Of a stretch of DNA of 64,000 nucleotides, positions 1 to 13,600 are shown in pieces. Position 1 is the stretch's first letter; each line of letters begins with the position of its first letter. The DNA lies in contig NC_043025.1 in assembly GCF_006345805.1 (NCBI RefSeq), positions 15,810,001 through 15,874,000 of the forward strand, in the 5' to 3' direction. The translations under genes and the position numbers were made by a program. The DNA is from Octopus sinensis (Eukaryota). The notes beneath the pieces were generated by a model, which was not told where the DNA came from, did no database searches, and saw only the letters and a list, made by a program, of their open reading frames with translations.

Positions 1-642
1 CAAGAAAAAACATGGTTAAGGGTAACAATACAGGGAAAAAAGCATAAGGAAGTATACAAAGAGTAAACCACGTTCATACACACACACACCCATATATGTA
101 CATACCCACACGTTTATATATGCATACATAATATTGAGGTCTCTTTCTTTTGTTATCTTATCGTTTTTAAATAAATAATTAAATAAAATATTAAAAATAT
201 ATATATATATTTATAAGGTTAAATTATTAATTTAAATAATTTTTTAAAATTTTAACTTTAATTTAAATATTTTAATTGGATTTTTATATTTTTTAATTAA
301 TTTTATTTCTATGTATTGGCTTATGATTTTCACTGTTTGATTTGCCTAATAGTGGTTTTATCTCTAATTTAATTTATATTTATACCATAAAATTAGATTT
401 AATCCTAAATCTAATTTTTCCCTGTAAGTTTGGATTTACTCCCTATTATTATTATTATTATATATATATATAAAAGTTGTCTAAACGTCCCTAAGTCAGG
501 GAAAAGATGCACTCGTATATCTGTCAAAAACAGTGGGTATGTTATCCAAAATGTATTAAATATCCACCACAGCTGATTTTGCTAATTGGTTTCACACTAG
601 GGATTCAACAGATGGTTAAGTAACAATCTGATTATATAACCC

Positions 643-678
643 TATGCTCATCAGAGGTAGCTACCTCTGATGAGCATA
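643..678. repeat. Perfect 36-bp palindrome with no spacer
   Basis: tatgctcatcagaggtag|ctacctctgatgagcata. Confidence 0.95.
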
Positions 679-779
679 ATGTATGTATGATATCGGTACA
701 CTTCAGATAATATGTGTGTGTGTATATTCAAGGATTGTATTTATATATGCACTGATTATGAGAGCTTACTCAAAATGAG

Positions 780-1180
780 GTAAATTGAGAATGGATGATG
801 TGATAGCTCTATACAAAATGCAGAGGTTCTGCAATGTCACACATTGCAAGATTCCCAGACAACAGGTGGACCTGTGCAGTTGCCAAGAGATTTCAAAAAG
901 GCCCCTATGATGATGAGAAGATGATTTAGTGAAGCAATTTGGCTCAAGATGGAAAAGAATGGCACAATCAAGACAGAATTGGGAGTACGTTGTGATCAGT
1001 GGTGTAGAACGGCCCCTGATGGCCTGGTTGATGCTGCAATACAGAACCCTTTATCTCATACTGCTCTGTGACACCTGTCATGTGGCACACCGTGTATCAT
1101 TACAAGCAGTGTCAATTTGATGGAGGGAGTGAGCTAATACAGTTGGTCCCTAGAAACATCATTTGTGCAGGTTGTGGGAC
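780..1180 (+). mobile_element. Very old LINE (RTE-like) C-terminal relic
   Basis: DDLVKQFGSRWKRMAQSRQNW resembles the terminal W.DD....G..W...A..R..W motif of RTE ORFs. Confidence 0.4.
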
Positions 1181-1260
1181 CTTCTTCTGCTGTATACAAT
1201 AGGAGAGTCTCTGATATATTGTAGAAATGTCTGCTTATATACGCGTGTGTGTGTGTGTAA

Positions 1261-1500
1261 GGCGGCGAGCTTGCAGAATCGTTAGCATGCCGGACAAAAT
1301 ACCGAAATACTCAGCAGTATTTCGTCTGCCGTTACGTTCTGAGTTCAAATTCTGCAGAGGTCGACTTTGCCTTTCATCCTTTCGGGGTCGATAAATTAAG
1401 TACCAGTTTAACACTGGGGTCGATGTAATCGACTTAATCCGTTTGTCTGTCCTTGTTTGTCCCCTCTGTGTTTAGCCCCTTGTGGGTAGTAAAGAAATAT
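1261..1500 (+). mobile_element. tRNA-derived SINE; partial copies at ~1582-1740, 1828-1945, 2015-2125 and 3160-3310
   Basis: B-box-like gagttcaaattc followed by a shared core gaggtcgactttgcctttcatcctttcggggtcgataaa.taagtaccag, seen five times in the window. Confidence 0.75.
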
Positions 1501-2409
1501 ATACACGTGTGTTTTGTTGATGGTAATGCTGTTTCTATGGTTACAGTAGTGCTGATGATGGTGGTAGTGGTGGTGACGTTAGGTTCTGAGTTCAAATTCC
1601 ACCAAAGTCGACTTTGCCTTTCATCCTTTTCAAGATCAATAAAATAAGTGCCAGCTATGCACTGGGGTCAATGTAAATGACTTGCCCCCTCTCCCAAAAC
1701 TTCAGGCTTTGTGCCTGCAGTAAGAAAGGATTATTATTATGATTACTATCTCTCAAAACGCTAAGGCCAAATGTGTTATACTGTCATGTGACTAGTTGAA
1801 GGAAAAGGCAAAGAGCAAGAGAGAAAGTTCTGAGTTCAAATTCTGCTAAGGACTTTGCCTTCTATTTTCTCAGGGTCAAAGTACCAGATGAGCATTGACT
1901 TACCCCTGCCCCCCAAAATAGAAAGGGCTGCTGTTGTTGTTGTTGTTAATAATACTAAGGCAGAATTGTTGGCAAGTGGGATGAGGTGCTTGGTGGCATT
2001 TCTTCGTGTTCATGTTTTGAGTTCAAATTCCACCGAGGTTGTCTTCACTTTCCATTATTTCAGGGTCAATGAAAATAAAAATCAGTCAAGTACTGGGGTC
2101 AGTATTATTGATTAGCTCCCCACCAGATACAAACAAAAAAAAAATCTCAGGATCATCACAGTATCACAATATCTATCAGATGTTGTTACACATCACTGGT
2201 CACAATGCCCTTCATGTTATCTTAGCTCTCGAATGATGCCCCTCTGCTGGCTAGACAAGCAGGCCAATATTTCCTCTGATCGGAAAGTTGGTCTGTCACA
2301 GGGAAACCCACTTACAGCTGAGTGGACTGGACCAACATGAAACATAGTGTTTTAAGTTAAGTTAATTATTTGGCTCAAAAAGCAAAAAGCATGGTCATGG
2401 AGGGTGTTC

Positions 2410-3075
2410 ATGCAAAGAGTTCAGGCCATTTGTGGTCAAGAGAAACTTTGAACCGAGCGGTCGTCGGTATCTTCACTATCTCGTCCGGCCGCTTATTCCA
2501 CGGATCCGCAACCCGGACGGAGAAGGCCCCTCTCCTTCGATTGAGATAAAATCGTTGCAGATAGAGCTTTTCGGAGTGACCCCGCAGCCAACGCTCTGGA
2601 GCAGGAGTGAAGAACAGCTCTTTCGAGAGGTTACACTTTCCGCTTATGATGTTGTGAGCAAGAATGAGATCACCACGGCATCATTGTTTTTCTAGAGAAT
2701 AAAGGTCGAGTGTCTTCACCCTTTCTTCATAAGACAAATGCTTGAGACCAAGAACCATGCGGGTAGTCAGCTTCTGGACTCTTTCGAGATGATGTATGTC
2801 TTTGAGGAGATAAGGAGAAGAGGCTTGAATCTCGTACTCCAATATGGGTCTCAGCAGCGTGACATAGAGCGGTAGGAATATGGCTGCTGTGAGCATTCCG
2901 AATGACCGTCGAATCAAGAACAGAACTCTGCGTGCTTTGTTGGCAGCATGGGCGCATTGGGCCGAAGGCGAAAAGGAAGAATCCACCAAGATACCCAGGT
3001 CCTTCACCTGGTCGGTTTGCTCAAGAATACAATGCACTGCCTAGTCCTAGAACTGAACCCACAATCTATCACTCA
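2410..3075 (-). mobile_element. CR1-like LINE 3' fragment
   Basis: ORF 2681-3037 VKDLGILVD...RPILEY...LERVQK...LSYEERV..LDLYSLE; continues in another frame as GDLI...RRRGAFSVRVADPWN. Confidence 0.85.
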
Positions 3076-3673
3076 TGACTGCAACACCCTAACCACTGGT
3101 CCACATGCCTTCACTTTAGGATTATATTATGAATATTTATTATTGTGTATCTGTCCTTATGTTCTGAGTTCAAATTCCACTGAGGTCAGCTTTGCCTTTC
3201 ATCCTTTTAGGATCGATAAATTAAATACCAATTAAACACTTGGTATAATCAACTAGTCCTCACCCCCAAAATTCAGGCCTTGCACCTTTAGTAGAAAGGA
3301 TTATTATCATTACTAGCAGGACCCGTGAATATTTCACAGAATTGATGATAAACTTATTGGGTTATTTCTGAAAACTTTATCCCAAAAGTGTATCCTGTGT
3401 TGTGTCTGTATGGAAAGATAGTCGCTCGTTAGCTAATCATTAAAAAGTGAAGGAAATTGGAATATGATGATTACTTAATGAACTTTATATATACAATTTA
3501 TATACTTTATGCACAATTTTATAGACTCAATACACAGCACACTCCCTGTTTCTCTCTCACTCTTCACCTTACCCTCTTTTTCTCTCTCCTTTTTCTTTCA
3601 TTCCTTGTCTTTCCCTTCTACTAATCACATGAAAGCATTACAGTTGGGCTCAGTAATGGAGGGAAAAAAATTA

Positions 3674-4194
3674 CCGTAAATCCTCAAGTATAGTCCGCCC
3701 TTGAGTATAATAGACTGGATTTTTAGGGGGCTGTACTTCTGAAAAACCTAAACCTTGTGTATAATACACACCCATTCTCTAACTTGAGTCGTGCGTAATT
3801 AAGCCAGCAGCACCTAGTCGAACAAACACTTCCGTGCATGTGTAATACAATAATGGTGATGTTCTTAACTGTTATATGGGAATGTAAATATATTTGCAAA
3901 TTGTTTTTGTTACATATTATTCTGTGTTCTGAATACTTTTGTTTTAATAAATGTTGCTTACTGCAAGTTATGGATGATTCTTTTATGACTTCATTGCTTT
4001 CAGGCTTAGCTTAAGGTATTTTCATGCCTGACATCACAAAATGTGTCTGAATAAACATTGCCGGACAGCAAGTAGAGACTCGGACATTGCTTAGAAAATA
4101 TTTTTCATTTTTAACCTCGTATATAGTACGCACTAGGGACTTTGACTTTTAAATTTTGGGGAAAAAAATGCGGATTATACTCGAGGATTTACAG
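3674..4194. mobile_element. Tc1/mariner/pogo-type MITE, 521 bp
   Basis: TIRs ccgtaaatcctcaagtatagtccgc and (reverse complement) ctgtaaatcctcgagtataatccgc, 3 mismatches; TA on both flanks (3672-3673, 4195-4196). Confidence 0.85.
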
Positions 4195-4267
4195 TAGTTC
4201 AAAAAATAAAAATTGCTGGCCTTGTGCCAAAATGTGAAATCATTATAATTGTCCCCTTTTCCCTTTT

Positions 4268-4660
4268 ATATACTCTTTTACTTGTTTCAGTCATTTGACT
4301 GCGGCCATGCTGGAGCACCGCCTTTAATCGAGCAACTCAACCCCAGGACTTATTCTTTGTAAGCCCAGTACTTATTCTATCGGTCTCTTTTGCCGAACCG
4401 CTAAGTGACGGGGACATAAACACACCAGCAACGGTTGTCAAGCAATGCTAGGGGGACAAACACAGACACACAGACACACACATGCATATATATATATACA
4501 TATATATGACAGGCTTCTTTCAGTTTCCGTCTACCAAATCCACTCACAAGGCTTTGGTTTGCCCGAGGCTATGGTAGAAGACACTTGCCCAAGATGCCAC
4601 GCAGTGGGACTGAACCCAGAACCATGTGGTTGGTAAACAAGCTACTTACCACACAGCCAC
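4268..4660 (-). mobile_element. tRNA-derived SINE with internal (TA)/(TG) microsatellite
   Basis: Minus-strand head with A-box tggctgtgtgg and B-box ggttcagtccc; a highly similar copy lies at 17693-18090. Confidence 0.8.
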
Positions 4661-6147
4661 ATTTCCTTCTCTCCATTTCCTTCTTTTACCTTCTTTCCAT
4701 TATTTTTCTTTTTAACATCAAATTTTATTTGGGCTTTTTTTCCATTTAAAAGTACTTTTTTTTTGTCTTTTCTTCTTCCTTTTTTTTATTCCACTTTCAG
4801 TCTTCCTCCTCCTCCCTCTCCCCCTTAACCCCTCCCTCCTCCTCTCCACTGCATACCTACCCCTCCCAGCCCCTCTCCTTACAGGAAATCTATCTTTCTA
4901 AGGAAGAGGTGCAGCTGTTTGCATAAACATTTGAAGAATGTCGCAGCTGGGCCTCAATTGATGGCAGCAAGGGATCGGGGGGGACTAAGAGAGAGACACA
5001 CACACACACAGCCAACTCACCCTCAAATCACACCCTGTCTTATGGATGTATATATATGTAGTGCACCTGAGCAATCTGTACAATAAGTTCATTTTTAGGA
5101 GTCAATGGGGCAGGGGAGACCTCTACGTGGTAGCTAGACCTGCTAGAAATAACAGCCAGGTCTCCCTCAAACAACACGCTACTCTCTTATGTATGTATAT
5201 ATGTATGTATGAGCCAATGAGGGAAACCTCTACATGGTAGCTAGACCTGGTAGAAATAACAGCCAGATCTCCCTCAAACAACACCCTACTCTCTTATGTA
5301 TCTATATATGTATGTATGGCCAATGAGGGAAACCTCTACATGGTAGCTAGACCTGCTAGAAATAACAGCCAGATCCCCCTCAAACCACACCTACTATTCT
5401 TATGTATGTATATATGTATGTAGAGCCACTGAGGATACATCTACATGGTAGCTAGACCTGCTAGAAATAACAGCAAGATCTCCCTCAAAACAAACGCTAC
5501 TCTCTTATGTATGTATATATGTTATGTATGAGCCAATGAGGGATACCTCTACATGGTAGCTAGAACTGGTAGAAATAACAGCCAGATCTCCCTCAACAAC
5601 AACCCTACTCTCTTAGGATGTATATATGTAGGTACAAGCCAATGAGGGAGACCTCTACATGGTATATACCTGCTAGAAATAACAACCAAATCTCCCTCAA
5701 ACAACACCCTCCTACTTTATGTATGTTATATGTTATGTATGAGCCAATGAGGGGATCCTCTTACATGGTTAGCTAGACCTGCTAGAAATAACAGCAGACT
5801 CCCTCAAACAACACCCTACTCTCTTATGTATGTATATATGTATGTACGAGCCAATGAGGGAGACCTCTACATGGTAGCTAGACCTGCTAGAAATAACAAC
5901 CAAATCTCCCTCAAACAACACCCTACTCTCTTATGTATGTATATATGTATGTATGAGCCAATGAGGGAGACCTCTACATGGTAGCTAGACCTGCTAGAAA
6001 TAGCAGCCAAATCTCCCTCAAACAACACCCTACTCTCTTATGTATGTATATATGTATGTATGAGCCAATGAGGGAGACCTCTACATGGTAGCTAGACCTG
6101 CTAGAAATAACAGCCAAATCTCCCTCAAACAACACCCTACTCTCTTA

Positions 6148-7086
6148 TCTCTCTCTATATAAACGGCAGTTTGTCTGTCTGTGTGTCTGTTTGGTTGTAC
6201 CCTCACCCTGACCACGGCTTCAACCGATTCTGATGAAACTGACACACACATAGCCCAATGTCATAATTCAAAACTAACGCAGCGAAAATTTTGAAAAAGT
6301 CCCCCAGTTCTGAAAAAAAATCGATAAATTCGACATGGGGTCGAGAATCAGAAACACAAACACAGACTGTCTAGGGGACGCAACTCGACCTTTTTAACTC
6401 TCAACTCCATCAATATCCAGCTACTTGAAGCTATTCCTGGTGATGTCCACGTCTACAAATCTATTGATAGGACAGCAGACCCCGCCGAGCTTGCCGATTA
6501 TCCTGTTGAATTCCTGAATTCACTTGAACCGCCAGGCCTGCCGCCACACATCCTGAAGTTAAAAGTTGGTGCGCCCATTATGCTCATCAGGAATTTGGTT
6601 CCACCTAAACAGTGCAACGGCACACGTCTGGTTGTGAAACATTTGCCACCACATTTAATAACGGCCACAATACTTACCGGTTGTGGGAAGGGAGAGGACG
6701 TCTTCATTCCACGCATCCACCTTCAACCGTCGGGCGCTGACCTACAAATCCACTTCAGGCGTTCTCAGTTTCCTGTTAAACTCTGCTTCGCAATGTCCAT
6801 CAATAAATCCCAAGGCCAAATGCTACAAGTCGATGGGTTACAGTTGGGCGAACAGTGCTTCGCCCACGGTCAACTCTACGTGGGCTGTTCACGCGTTGGG
6901 AGGCGCAATGTTTTCGCCCAAAGGGACAGCTAGGAACATCGTATACACAGAAGTATTCAAGTGAAGAGAAGACATTGCAACCTACACATGCGCCTTCATT
7001 CCCTAGAGGGAAAGGACTAGATTGGGATTAGTCGTTGCCTACTAGGGGCCCTTACATACCCGGGCAATGCCGGGCTATGCTGCTAG
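6148..7086 (+). mobile_element. Non-autonomous Helitron carrying a Pif1-helicase 3' fragment
   Basis: 5' TC and 3' CTAG termini, GC hairpin cccgggcaatgccggg (7059-7074) 8 nt before CTAG, inserted between A and T with no TSD. Confidence 0.92.
6403..6964 (+). pseudogene. C-terminal fragment of Helitron RepHel Pif1-family helicase
   Basis: Frame reads YPVEFLNSLEPPGLPPHILKLKVGAPIMLIRNL...CNGTRL...QFPVKLCFAMSINKSQGQ...CFAHGQLYVGCSRV, with a frameshift near 6915 before ARNIVYTEVFK*. Confidence 0.92.
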
Positions 7087-10000
7087 TGTATGTATATGTG
7101 TATTTATGAGCCAATGAGGGAAAGCTCTACATGGTAGCTAGATCTGGTAGAAATAACAGCCAAATCTCCCTCAAACAACACCCTACTCTCTTATGTATGT
7201 ATATATGTATGTATGAGCCAATGAGGGAGACCTCTACATGGTAGCTAGACCTGCTAGAAATAACAGCCAGATCTCCCTCAAAAAACACCCTACTCTCTTA
7301 TGTATGTATATATGTATGAGCCAATGAGGGAGACCTCTACATGGTAGCTAGACCTGCTAGAAATAACAGCCAGATCTCCGTCAAACAACACCCTACTCTC
7401 TTATGTATGTATATATGTATGTATGAGCCAATGAGGGAGACCTCTACATGGTAGCTAGACCTGGTAGAAATAACAGCCAAATCTCCCTCAAACAACACCC
7501 TACTCTCTTATGTATGTATATATGTATGTATGAGCCAATGAGGGAGACCTCTACATAGTAGCTAGACCTGCTAGAAATAACAGCCAAATCTCCCTCAAAC
7601 AACACCCTACTCTCTTATGTATGTATATATGTATGTATGAGCCAATGAGGGAGACCTCTACATGGTAGCTAGACCTGCTAGAAATAACAGCCAAATCTCC
7701 CTCAAACTACAACCTACTATCTTATGTATGTATATATGAATGTATGAGCCAATGAGGGAGACCTCTACATTGTAGCTAGACATGCTAGAAATGACAGCCA
7801 GATCTCCCACAAACAACACTCTACTCTCTTATGTATATATGTATGTATCAGCAGCCAATGAGGGAGACCTCTGCATGGTAGCTAGACCTGCTAGAAATAA
7901 CCTGCCAGTTCTCCCTCAACAACACCCTACTCTCTTATGTATGTATATATGTATGTATGAGCCAATGTGGGAGACCCTCTACATGGTAGCTAGACCTGCT
8001 AGAAATAACAGCCAAATCTCCCTCAAACACACCCTACTCTCTTATGTATATATGTATGTATGAGCCAATGAGGGAGACCTCTACATAGTAGCTAGACCTG
8101 CTAGAATAACAGCCAAATCTCCCTCAAACAACACCCTACTCTCTTATGTATGTATATGTATATATGAGCCAATAAGGGAGACCTCTATATGGTAGCTAGA
8201 CCTGCTAGAAATATCAGCCAAATCTCCCTCAAACAACACCCTACTCTCTTATGTATGTATATATGTATGTATGAGCCAATGAGGGAGACCACTACATGGT
8301 AGCTAGACCTGCTAGAAACAACAGCCAGATCTCCCTAAAGCAACACCCTACTCTCTTACGTATCTATATTTGTATGTATGAGCCAATGAGGGCCACCTCT
8401 ACATGGTAGCTAAACCTGCTAGAAATAACAGCCAGATCTCCCTCAAGAACCACCCTACTCTCTTACGTATCTATATATGTATGTATGAGCCATTGAGGGA
8501 AACCTCTACATGGTAGCTAAACCTGCTAGAAATAACAGCCAGATCTCCCTCAAGCAACACCCTACTCTCTTATGTATGTGTATATGTACGTATGAGCCAA
8601 TGAGGGAGACCTCTACATGGTAGCTAGACCTGGTAGAAATAACAGCCAAATCTCCCTCACACCACACCCTACTCTCTTATGTATGTATATATGTATGTAT
8701 GAGCCAATGAGGGAGACCTCTACATGGTAGCTAGACCTGGTAGAAATAACAGCCAGATCTCCCTCAAACAACACCCTACTCTCTTATGTATGTATATATG
8801 TATGTATGAGCCAATAAGGGAGACCTCTACATGGTAGCAAGATCTGGTAGAAATAACAGCCAAATATCCCTCAAACAACACCCTACACTCTTATGTATGT
8901 ATATATGTATGTATGAGCCAATGAGGGAGACCTCAACATAGTAGCTAGACCTGCTAGAAATAACAGCCAAATCTCCCTCAAACAACGCCCTGCTCTCTTA
9001 TGTATGTATATATGTATGTATGAGCCGATGAGGGAGACCTCTACATGGTAGCTAGACCTGGTAGAAATAACAGCCAAATCTCCCTCAAACAACACCCTAC
9101 TCTCTTATGTATGTATATATGTATGTATGAGCCAATGAGTGAGACCTCTACATGGTAGCTAGACCTGCTAGAAATAACAGTCAAATCTCCCTGAAACAAC
9201 ACCCTACTCTCTTATGTATGTATATATGTATGTATGAGCTAATGAGGGAGACCTCTACATGGTAGCTAGACCTGCTAGAAATAACAGCCAAATCTCCCTC
9301 AAACAACACCCTACTCTCTTATGTATGTATATATGTATGTATGAGCCAATGAAGGAGACCTCTACATTGTAGCTAGACCTGGTAGAAATAACAGCCAGAT
9401 CTCCCTCAAACTACACCCTACTCTCTTATGAATGTATATACGTATGTATGAGCCACTGAGGGAGACCTCTACATGGTAGCTAAACCTGCTAGAAATAACA
9501 GCCAGATCTCCCTCAAGCAGCACCCTACTCTCTTATGTATGTGTATATGTACGTATGAGCCAATGAGGGAGACCTCTACATGGTAGCTAGACCTGGTAGA
9601 AATAACAGCCAAATCTCCCTCACACCACACCCTACTCTCTTATGTATGTATATATGTATGTATGAGCCAATGAGGGAGACCTCTACATGGTAGCTAGATC
9701 TGGTAGAAATAACGGCCAAATCTCCCTCAAACAACACCCTACTCTCTTATGTATGTATATATGTATGTATGAGCCAATGAGGAGACCTCTAAATGGTAGC
9801 TAGACCTGCTAGAAATAACAGCCAAACTCCCTCAAACAACACCTACTCTCTTATGTATGTATATATGTATGTATTAGCCGATGAGGGGAACCTCTACATG
9901 GTTTAGAGACCTGCTAGAAATAACAGTCAAATCTCCCTCAAACAACACCCTACTCTCTTATGTATGTATATATGTACGTATGAGCCAATGAGGGAGGACC

Positions 10001-10283
10001 TAACATGATAGCTAGACCTGGTAGAAATAACTGCCAAATCTCCCTCAAAAACACCCTACTCTAATATGATGTATATGTACGTATGAGCCAATGAGAGGGA
10101 GACCTCTGCATAGTAGCTAGACTGCTGGCTAATAATAACAGCCAAATCTCCCTTCAAAAACACCCTACCTCTTATGTAGGTAGATATATGTATGTATGAG
10201 CCAATGAGAGAGACCTCTACATGGTAGCTAGATCTGCTAGAAATAACAGCCAAATCTCCCTCAAACAACACCCTACTCTCTTA

Positions 10284-10658
10284 TCTCTCTCTATATAAAA
10301 TGCAGTTTGTCTGTGTGTGTTTTGTGTGTCTGTTTGCTTGTACCCTCACCCTGACCACGGCTTTCCAAACCCAAGATGAAACTTGACACACACATAGCCC
10401 AATGTCATAATTCAAAACTAACGCAGCGAAAATTTTGAAAAAGTTCCCCCAGTTCTAAAGAAAATCGATAAATTCGACATGGGGTCGAGAATCAGAAACA
10501 CAAACCGCAAACTGTCTAGGGGACGCAACTCCACTTTTTTTACTCTCAAAAAAAATTTACATCATTTTTTCCATTCTTTTGCTATTTTTGACTATAACTC
10601 TCTAAAAATGCTTATAGTATTCCCTACAAACCTGAGCAACGCCGGGCAATACTGCTAG
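10284..10658 (+). mobile_element. Short (375 bp) non-autonomous Helitron
   Basis: TC...CTAG termini, A|T target, subterminal hairpin-like cctgagcaacgccggg. The first ~250 bp match the element at 6148. Confidence 0.88.
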
Positions 10659-13600
10659 TGTATGTATATATGTATGTATGAGCCAATGAGGGAAACCTCT
10701 ACATGGTAGCTAGACCTGGTAGGAATAACAGCCAGATCTCCTTCAGACAACACCCTACTCTCTTATGTATGTATATATGTAAGTATGAGCCAATGAGGGA
10801 AACCTCTACATGGTAGCTAGACCTGCTGGAAATAACTGCCAGTTCTCCCTCAAACAACACCCTACTCTCTTATGTATGTATATATGTATGTATGAGCCAA
10901 TGAGGTAGACCTCTACATAGTAGCTAGACTGGCTAGAAATAACAGCACCCAACTCCCTCAATCAACACCCTACTCTCTTATGTATGTATATGTATGTATG
11001 AGCAATGAGGGAGACCTCTACATGGTAGCTAGACCTGCTAGAAATTACAGCCAAATCTCCCTCGAACAACACCCTACTCTCTTATGTATGTATATATGTA
11101 TGTATATATGTATGTATGAGCCAATGAGGGAGACCTCTACATGGTAGCTAGACCTGCTAGAAATTACAGCCAAATCTCCCTCAAACAACACCCTACACTC
11201 TTATGTATGTATATATATATGTATGAGCCAATGAAGGAGACCTCTACATGGTAGCTAGACATGCTAGAAATAACAGCCAGATCTCCCTCAAACAACACCC
11301 TACTCTCGTATGTATGTAAATATGTATGTATGAGCCAATGAGGGAGACCTCTACATGGTAGCTAGACCTGGTAGAAATAACAGCCAAATCTCCCACAAAC
11401 AACACCCTACTCTGTTATGTATATATGTATGTATGAGCCAATGAGGGAGACCTCTACATGGTAGCTAGACCTGCTGGAAATAACTGCCAGTTCTCCCTCA
11501 AACAACACCCTACTCTCTTATGTATGTATATATGTATGTATGAGCCAATGAGGTAGACCTCAACATAGTAGCTAGACCTGCTGGAAATAACAGCCAAATC
11601 TCCCTCAATCAACACCCTACTCTCTCATGTATGTATATATGTATGTATGAGCAATGAGAGAGACTCTACATGGTAGCTAGACCTGCTAGAAATACAGCCA
11701 AATCTCCCTCGAACAACACCCTACTCTTATGTATGTTATATAGTATGAGCCAATGAGGGAGCCTTTACATGATAGCTAGATCGGTAGAAATAACAGCCAA
11801 ATCTCCCTGAAACAAAACCCTACTCTCTTATGTATGTATATACGTATGTATGAGCCAATGAGGGAGACCTCTACGTGGTAGCTAGACCTGCTAGAAATAA
11901 CAGCCAAATCTCCCTCAATCAACACCCTACTCTCTTATGTATGTATAAATGTATATATGAGCCAATGAGAAAGACCTCTACATGGTAGCTACACCTGCTA
12001 GAAATATCAGCCAAATCTCCCTCAAACAACAACCTACTCTCTTATGTATGTATATAAGTATGTATGAGCCAATGAGGGAGACCTCTACATGGTAGCTAGA
12101 CCTGATAGAAATAACAGCCAGATCTCCCTCAAGCAACACCCTACTCTCTTATGTATCTATATATATGTATGTATGAGCCAATGAGGGAGACCTCTACATG
12201 GTAGCTAGACCTGCTAGAAATAACAGCCAGATCTCCCTCAAACAACACCCTACTCTCGTATGTATATATATATGTATGTATGAGCCAATGAGGGAGACCT
12301 CTACATGGTAGCTAGACCTGGTAGAAATAACAGCCAAATCTCCCACAAAGAACACCCTACTCTGTTATGTATGTATGAGCCAATAAATGAGACCTCTACA
12401 TGGTAGCTAGACATGCTAGAAATAACAGCCAAATCTCCCTCAAACAACACCCTACTCTCTTATGTATATTTATATATGTATCTATGAGCCAATGAGGGAG
12501 ACCTCTACATGGTAGCTAGACCTGCTAGAAATAACAGCCAAATCTCCCACAAACAACACCCTACGCTCTTATGTAGGTATATACGTATGTATGAGCCAAT
12601 GAGGGAGACCTATACATGGTAGCTAGACCTGGTAGAAAAGACAGCCAAATCTCCCTCAAACAACACCCTACTCTCTTATGTATGTATATATGTATGTATG
12701 AGCCAATGAGGGAAACCTCTACATGGCAGCTAGACCTGCTAGAAATATCAGCCAAATCTCCCTCAAACAACACCCTACTCTCTTATGTATGTATATATGT
12801 ATGTATGAGCCAATGAGGGAGAACTCAACATGGTAGCTAGATCTGCTAGAAGTAACAGCCAAATCTCCTTCAAACAACACCCTACTCTCTTATGTATGTA
12901 TATATGTATGTATGAGCCAATGAGGGAGACCTCTACATGATAGCTAGACCAGGTAGAAATAACAGCCAAATCTCCCCAAAACAACACCCTACTCTCTTAT
13001 GCATGTATATATGTATGAGCCAATGAGGGACACCTCTACATGGTAGCTAGACCTGCTAGAAATAACAGCCACATCTCCCTCAAACAACACCCTACTCTCT
13101 TATGTATGTATATATGTATGTATGAGCCAATGAGGGAGACCTCTACATGGTAGCTAGACCTGCTAGAAATTACAGCCAAATCTCCCTCAAACAACACCCT
13201 ACTCTGTTATGATGTATATATATGTATGAGCCAATGAGAGAGGCCTTTACATGGTAGCTAGATCTGGTAGAAAAAACAGCCAAATCTCCCTGAAAACAAC
13301 ACCCTACTCTCTTATGTATGTATATATGTATGTATGAGCCAATGAGGGAGACTTGTACGTGGTAGCTAAACCTGCTAAAAATAACAGCCAAATCTCCCTC
13401 AATCAACACCCTACTCTCTTATGTATGTATATATGTACGTATGAGCCAATGAGGGAGACCTCTACATGGTAGCTAGACCTGGTAGAAATAACAGCCAAAT
13501 CTCCCTCAAACAACACCCTACTCCTTATGATGTATATATGTACGTGAGCCAATGAAGGAAACCTCTACATGGTAGCTAGACTGCTAGAGAAATAACAGCC

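Noticed and set aside
6580-6933. Host PIF1 helicase gene
   Set aside because: It lies inside Helitron termini, has no introns or N-terminal motifs, and is frameshifted.
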